From positions 1 through 64,000 of the IMG/VR virus record IMGVR_UViG_3300028197_001221: a stretch of DNA of 64,000 nucleotides; one strand, given 5' to 3'. The notes below the pieces were generated by a model that saw only the letters and a program-made list of their open reading frames with translations, was not told the DNA's origin and made no database searches. This stretch comes from a virus. Position 1 is the first letter of the stretch; the number at the start of each line of letters is the position of its first letter. Shown piece after piece: positions 58,919 to 64,000 of this stretch. Made by a program: the position numbers and the translations under genes.

Positions 58919-61900
58919 TTATCCCATCTTACTATCAGTTTGTCTTGGACTTCCATCAGGATTACGAGATGTCTTGCTTAATTCTTCGACAACCTTCTGT
59001 TTGACGACATTTCCCATAAGGTTTTCTAAACGAGCTAGTATGCCACCGTCATTTATATTTACACTTACATTGGTATTATCTAAAGTAATTTTTATTGAAG
59101 TATTTTCTAGTCTATCTATATTGGCAGATAAATCAGTGTTAAACTTGCTAAGAGCAGAACTAAACCTTTCCATAACTTCTGGGTCTAATCCAGCTCCAGA
59201 AGCTACACCAGCTTGAGCTTCTGCTGCTCGTTGAGTTGGAGCAGCTACAGATGTACTAGTTGATGGACTTTTAGATTGTTGTTCTTTAACTTCTTTGGTT
59301 TCTTTAGCAACTTCCTTAGTAGCTTCAGCAGCTTGTTTTTGAGACTCAGCTTGGCTTTCTGTTGCACTGGTAGCTTCTGGCGTAGACGCTGCTTGATCTT
59401 TCTCGGCCTGTCTGATTGCTAATTGTTCTTTAACGCCCTTGTCAAAGTCACTTGATTCACCACTACCATAGAAGTAGCTCTCTCTATTTCTTTTGTCTTG
59501 TCTACCCTTAATGTCTGTATCAATCATTTGCTGTTCTTGCTCTTTAACATCTTTCATGCTAGCATCTTTGCCATAAGTATTGGTAAAGTCTTCTTCTGAC
59601 ATGCCAGTGCTACTTAAGAATTTAGAACGATCTCCTCCAGCTGCATTCGCCTCATTCCTTCTGAAAAGCATATTAGCTCTTTGGTTAGCTGCTGACTTGT
59701 CTAATGCTCCTAACTTCTCAAAACTTTCTATACTACTAGAATCACCACCAACACCGACAGCCCGTTTAAACGCTGTGTGATCCATAGCCATCCCAACTCC
59801 TTCTTCCATTTCAGCAGTTTTCATAGAAGATGAAATTGCACCTGCCACATCCTTAAAACCACCAACTATATTATAGAAACCTTCTACAATTTTTCCTACA
59901 GGATTTAAGAATCCTTCTAGACCACCAAGAACTGTGGCAAGAGCAGCATCAAACTGAGTGCCAGTTTTTAAGAATCCTACTCCCCAACTGTCCATCATAC
60001 CGCCAAAGTCTCTTCCGGTCTTTTCCTTTTTATCTTCATGGTAAGCTTTAGGATCAGATATAAAGGAAAACCCTTCCATAATTCCATCAAGAGCAGTTCC
60101 AAGTCCCGGTATACCCTTGGCTCCACTAGAAGCCATCTTTCCAAGCATCGGAAGTTTTGACAGACTCTTCATAATTGATGGACCAATCTTATCTAATCCG
60201 GGGATCTTCATCTTACTAAGATTACCCATTTTTGATCCCACGAATTCTGTTCCTTCTTGGAGCATTTTCTTTCCAGTTTGTAGCATACCCGGAGCGTTCT
60301 TTTGCATATACTGTGATGAAGCATTCATCATTTGCGGGGCAGTATTTTGGAAGAAATTTTTACCCGCGCCAATGGCATTGCGACCCTTTTGCAGTACGGT
60401 AGGATCTAGTTTATTTTTTGCGATTTGACTCAAGCCGCTCTTCAACCCGCCACCCATATTGCCTGCCATATTTCTTGCACCACCTAAGAAATTAGATCCT
60501 CTCTGATAAAGATTAGAACCAAATTGAGCTGCTCTTTGTCCGAATTGACTTTGACCAACTTTTCTCATAGTTTGACCAGCAAAATTACTGGCTCTATTCA
60601 CAACCCCCGGTTTTCCACTACGAGACATACCTTCAAGACCATAGCCATGTTTACCAACTCCAAATGAAGTCGCCATGTCACCAAAGAAACTACCAGCTTT
60701 ATTCTTGCCAGCATTCAATAAATTTTGACCCCTTTTCATCATGCTAGGAGCAAAGTCATCTCCGTAAGAAGCTTGATTTAATCTTTCAAACATTCCTCCA
60801 GCTTTCTGCATAATACCAGCTGGTCTAGGAACATTGTCCACACCTCCCATAACACTTCTAGTTAAAGATCTACCAGCAGTAAAGTTTTTGCCTATTCCTG
60901 TTTGACCAATTCTTGAGCCAACTCTAGAAAGTATCTCTCCACCTTCTGTTCCTATCCTTGAAGCAAGGTTTCCAGCACCTCCACTTTGCACAAAGTTTTT
61001 GCCCATACCAATAGCATTCTTAGCCATGTTGCCAGCGTTTGCTACAGCGCCACCGCCCATGCCAAATATACCCTTGATTGCACCCATAATGCCACCACCG
61101 CCTCCATCGCCTCCACCGCCTCCACCGCCTGCACCACCCGCACCGTCTTTAGCACCTGTACTAGCTGCGTCACCACTTTCAGAAACTTTATCAGTATTAA
61201 TATTAGCAACTTTAGTATTAACTTCAGCAGTATTTTTAGCTTCTTCTCCTGACTTTATAGCTTCCTTAGTACGTAGTACCGCAGCGTCAAATTGCATTTG
61301 AGCTGCATCTTCTTGTTTCTGAGCTATCTCAAGGTCTCTTGCCGCAGCATCAACCATAGCCTTGCCTAATTCTGGTAGTACTCCCGCCAAGTCTCTAATC
61401 TCAGATTCTTTAGCAGCTTCTTCATTTGTTGATCCCGCAGCAATCTTAGCTAGATCAGGAGCATCGACTCCCATAGCTCCAAAAGATGCACCAAAGGATC
61501 TTTCAGTTAAGCCATCGGGACCGCTAAGTTTTTGACCATACAAACTATCTACGCCAGATTCTTGAAGCCTTCTGTTTTCTTGAGCTGCCATGCCTAAAGC
61601 TTGAGGGCCGAACTGGTTCATTAAGCTCTTATCACCAGTAGCAATAGCGGCTTGAGCGCCAGCAGTACCCATCTTATCAAAGAACGCTTCATCATCTCCA
61701 GCAATCAAAGCGTCAGCAGCGGCCTTTTCGTTAGCATTCTTCTCTTTAATAATTGAAAGTTCTTGTTTTCTAATATCAATAGCGGCTTTAATACTGTTGT
61801 ATTCTTCTTTTAGGGCCGAATCTATTCTGCCCAGCTCGTCACTCATCTCTACGCCAGATTTACCCCGTGCCTGTTCATTGCTCTTACCTTCAGCAAGATC

Positions 61901-64000
61901 AGTTCTAACGCTAGAAATTTCTGCCCTACGATTAGATAGTTGATCAATTCTACTCTTGAAGTCACCCGCCCCAATACCACTTTGAGAGCCGACACCCTTA
62001 ATGCCTTCAACTCCCACATTAGATCTCTTTAACAATTGTTGTTGTTGAACTTCTGGTGTAAATGACGCACCACCAAACTCAGATTGTATTTTTAAAGCTT
62101 CTGTTTCTAAATCAATAGATCTTTGTTTTGTTTCAATTAATTTCTTCTCTAAATCAAGTCTTGCTTTAGTAAAGGTTAGTAATTTCTTTTGTGCTTCAGC
62201 CTGAGCCTTAAGTGCTGGCAACACTTGTTTCATAGCATTGTCGCCCACCTTTTGGATAACTTCTTCAAAAGCAGAGAAGTCGCCTTCAGACACACGTTTC
62301 ATTTGGCCGTCACTTATATCGCTACCTTCAATTTGTTTCTTCAGACGTTCTACAGATTTCTCGTCAACCCCTTGCTTTGTAAGTTCATCACCTGTCGCTT
62401 TTGCAAATGCCGATCTACGCTCGCCCATCGTTCCAGCGGCTTGTCTTCCTGACTTAAACGCTTCCTTCATAGATTTTTTAGTAGCCTCAAATATAGCAGG
62501 CATATTTGCTTGTGCAGCATTTACAGCTGTTAAATTTCCTCTAAATTTATCTATCTGTTCACTATTAGCTCCTAAGTTTTCAAGAGTTTTACTGGCATTG
62601 TCTAGAGAAGAATTGAATTGATCTGGTGATATACCTTGAGCAGCAGAAGTAATACTAGCTTCTAGTGTTGGAATAGTACTATCTAAAGTATTACTACCAA
62701 GCTCTTGGCTTCTGGTATAATTGTCAATAGCAAGAACACCAGCATTAGCAGCAGCTGTAGCAGATTGCATCGCAAGGTTCATAGCAGCAAATGATTCTCG
62801 TACTCTGTCTGCTTCTTTTTTAAGATTTGCAAAAGCTTCTTCTTGTATAGAGGGTAGGGCTTTACCGTCTTCATCTTCTCTCGCTTCAAACTGTCCTTGA
62901 CGCTCCATAGTCTCTCGTGTATCTTTAGACAAGCTATTTTTATACTGCTCAAAAGAACCATTAGTATTAGCAGTTTGCCTCATCACGTTGTCAGCAAGAG
63001 GCTGTGCGCTTCTAAGGAAATCTTTGTCCACCTTGTCTTGATCTGCTTTAATTGCTTCCTGATCTTTTGACAGTCTTTCGTTTCTTTGCCCGCCGGACTC
63101 CATACCCATCATACCAGCAACGCCAAATGTAGCAACGCGAGCAAAGCCTCTTCCAAATCCACTTGCAGGTCCAGACTTATCATTCTCTTCTATACTTTTT
63201 ACTCTGGCTGAAGACCTATCTGCACTTGCTTGCACTGTTGCTGCGTCTGGGTCAAGTCTTTTCAGTGCATCTATAGCTGAAAGATTACCCTCTTTAAATT
63301 GTCGCATAGCTGCGGTAGCTTCTTTATTTGCATTAGTCAAAGCTTCTTGTGTTTTTACAGCCTGCGCCCTAGCTCCAGCTTCTAGTTTAATCGTAGTAAT
63401 ACTCTTACCACCCATCCAGTAACCTAGACTCATAGCGGTGGTTTTAATCATAGGTCCAAGAATAGGAAGCTCACTTCCCAATTTAATTGCAGCTGCCGTT
63501 AACCCAGCGAATATAGGGCCAATGCCGGGAATGAATGAGCCTATAGCAGCAAAACCAATAGCTAGCTTATTAACAGCAGAAGCACCTTCTTTTTCAAAGG
63601 CTATAGATTCTGCCGCAGCAGCATTACCGTCTTTAATTGCGTTGTCAAGCTTTGTAGCCCTATCAGTTAAACTGTCTATAACAGCAGTCAAGGCAAAAAT
63701 TGAACCAGTAGCTACAATAGCAGGACCAGCCATGCTAGCAACAGCTCTAGTTGCAACAACTACACCCTCTGCATTTGCTGCGCCCAGACCAGCTTTTGTA
63801 CCAACAGCGCGAGCAGCAGTTCCAGCGCGATTAACAAGTTTACCACCACCGCCAAGAAACTTACCCATATCTTTAAGATTTAATCCCTTAAACATATCAG
63901 CAATAATATTGCCCTTCATCTGGGTTTGCATCAAGGAGAATGTGCCTGATAGTGCTAGAGATACGTTTGCTAATTGAGAGAAAGAGCTAATCATGTTAGC
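58919..64000 (-). CDS. tape measure protein, 5' truncated by window
   Basis: >1690 aa, Ala/Gly/Lys/Met-rich helical protein with hydrophobic IPGIGP-type segments and coiled coils, upstream of tail genes; frame open to window edge. Confidence 0.8.
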   Translation of the reverse strand, partial: ANMISSFSQLANVSLALSGTFSLMQTQMKGNIIADMFKGLNLKDMGKFLGGGGKLVNRAGTAARAVGTKAGLGAANAEGVVVATRAVASMAGPAIVATGSIFALTAVIDSLTDRATKLDNAIKDGNAAAAESIAFEKEGASAVNKLAIGFAAIGSFIPGIGPIFAGLTAAAIKLGSELPILGPMIKTTAMSLGYWMGGKSITTIKLEAGARAQAVKTQEALTNANKEATAAMRQFKEGNLSAIDALKRLDPDAATVQASADRSSARVKSIEENDKSGPASGFGRGFARVATFGVAGMMGMESGGQRNERLSKDQEAIKADQDKVDKDFLRSAQPLADNVMRQTANTNGSFEQYKNSLSKDTRETMERQGQFEAREDEDGKALPSIQEEAFANLKKEADRVRESFAAMNLAMQSATAAANAGVLAIDNYTRSQELGSNTLDSTIPTLEASITSAAQGISPDQFNSSLDNASKTLENLGANSEQIDKFRGNLTAVNAAQANMPAIFEATKKSMKEAFKSGRQAAGTMGERRSAFAKATGDELTKQGVDEKSVERLKKQIEGSDISDGQMKRVSEGDFSAFEEVIQKVGDNAMKQVLPALKAQAEAQKKLLTFTKARLDLEKKLIETKQRSIDLETEALKIQSEFGGASFTPEVQQQQLLKRSNVGVEGIKGVGSQSGIGAGDFKSRIDQLSNRRAEISSVRTDLAEGKSNEQARGKSGVEMSDELGRIDSALKEEYNSIKAAIDIRKQELSIIKEKNANEKAAADALIAGDDEAFFDKMGTAGAQAAIATGDKSLMNQFGPQALGMAAQENRRLQESGVDSLYGQKLSGPDGLTERSFGASFGAMGVDAPDLAKIAAGSTNEEAAKESEIRDLAGVLPELGKAMVDAAARDLEIAQKQEDAAQMQFDAAVLRTKEAIKSGEEAKNTAEVNTKVANINTDKVSESGDAASTGAKDGAGGAGGGGGGGDGGGGGIMGAIKGIFGMGGGAVANAGNMAKNAIGMGKNFVQSGGAGNLASRIGTEGGEILSRVGSRIGQTGIGKNFTAGRSLTRSVMGGVDNVPRPAGIMQKAGGMFERLNQASYGDDFAPSMMKRGQNLLNAGKNKAGSFFGDMATSFGVGKHGYGLEGMSRSGKPGVVNRASNFAGQTMRKVGQSQFGQRAAQFGSNLYQRGSNFLGGARNMAGNMGGGLKSGLSQIAKNKLDPTVLQKGRNAIGAGKNFFQNTAPQMMNASSQYMQKNAPGMLQTGKKMLQEGTEFVGSKMGNLSKMKIPGLDKIGPSIMKSLSKLPMLGKMASSGAKGIPGLGTALDGIMEGFSFISDPKAYHEDKKEKTGRDFGGMMDSWGVGFLKTGTQFDAALATVLGGLEGFLNPVGKIVEGFYNIVGGFKDVAGAISSSMKTAEMEEGVGMAMDHTAFKRAVGVGGDSSSIESFEKLGALDKSAANQRANMLFRRNEANAAGGDRSKFLSSTGMSEEDFTNTYGKDASMKDVKEQEQQMIDTDIKGRQDKRNRESYFYGSGESSDFDKGVKEQLAIRQAEKDQAASTPEATSATESQAESQKQAAEATKEVAKETKEVKEQQSKSPSTSTSVAAPTQRAAEAQAGVASGAGLDPEVMERFSSALSKFNTDLSANIDRLENTSIKITLDNTNVSVNINDGGILARLENLMGNVVKQKVVEELSKTSRNPDGSPRQTDSKMG

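Noticed and set aside
1-64000. Alternative genetic code; tRNA or rRNA genes
   Set aside because: Long ORFs are intact with the standard code, all three stop codons terminate genes, and intergenic gaps are short with no cloverleaf seen.

Overview
A 64 kb, AT-rich, gene-dense segment of a large tailed dsDNA phage (Caudoviricetes) read in the standard genetic code. The host is most likely a planctomycete, inferred from a complete DUF1559 prepilin-like gene. The + strand arm (1-34.6 kb) holds tail-fibre/Gly-rich genes, a small membrane-protein block, nucleotide metabolism genes (class II RNR, dUTPase, dNMP kinase, PhoH), and recombination/replication genes (RecA, DnaB, DnaG, Cas4-like nuclease, SSB, Rad52-like). 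It also carries an intein-less split DnaE with a nuclease and a DnaQ-like exonuclease between the halves, and a ~7 kb glycosylation-type cluster. The - strand arm (34.7-64 kb) is a virion/tail module with a tape measure protein and a 4540-aa FG-GAP/LamG protein, converging on a hairpin terminator. Best leads: (1) a self-contained DUF1559 pilin-like cassette, (2) the split DnaE, (3) systematic CCWGG avoidance visible in Pro-Gly codons, (4) a partly degenerate glycosylation cluster together with a poly-Ser/Pro-Thr virion tail, (5) a 7-blade FG-GAP propeller dispersed by very large insertions, (6) a candidate phage promoter motif GTGTATATA(A/T)TA. All family calls come from motif recognition by eye; no searches were run. 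No tRNA, rRNA or CRISPR array was seen.
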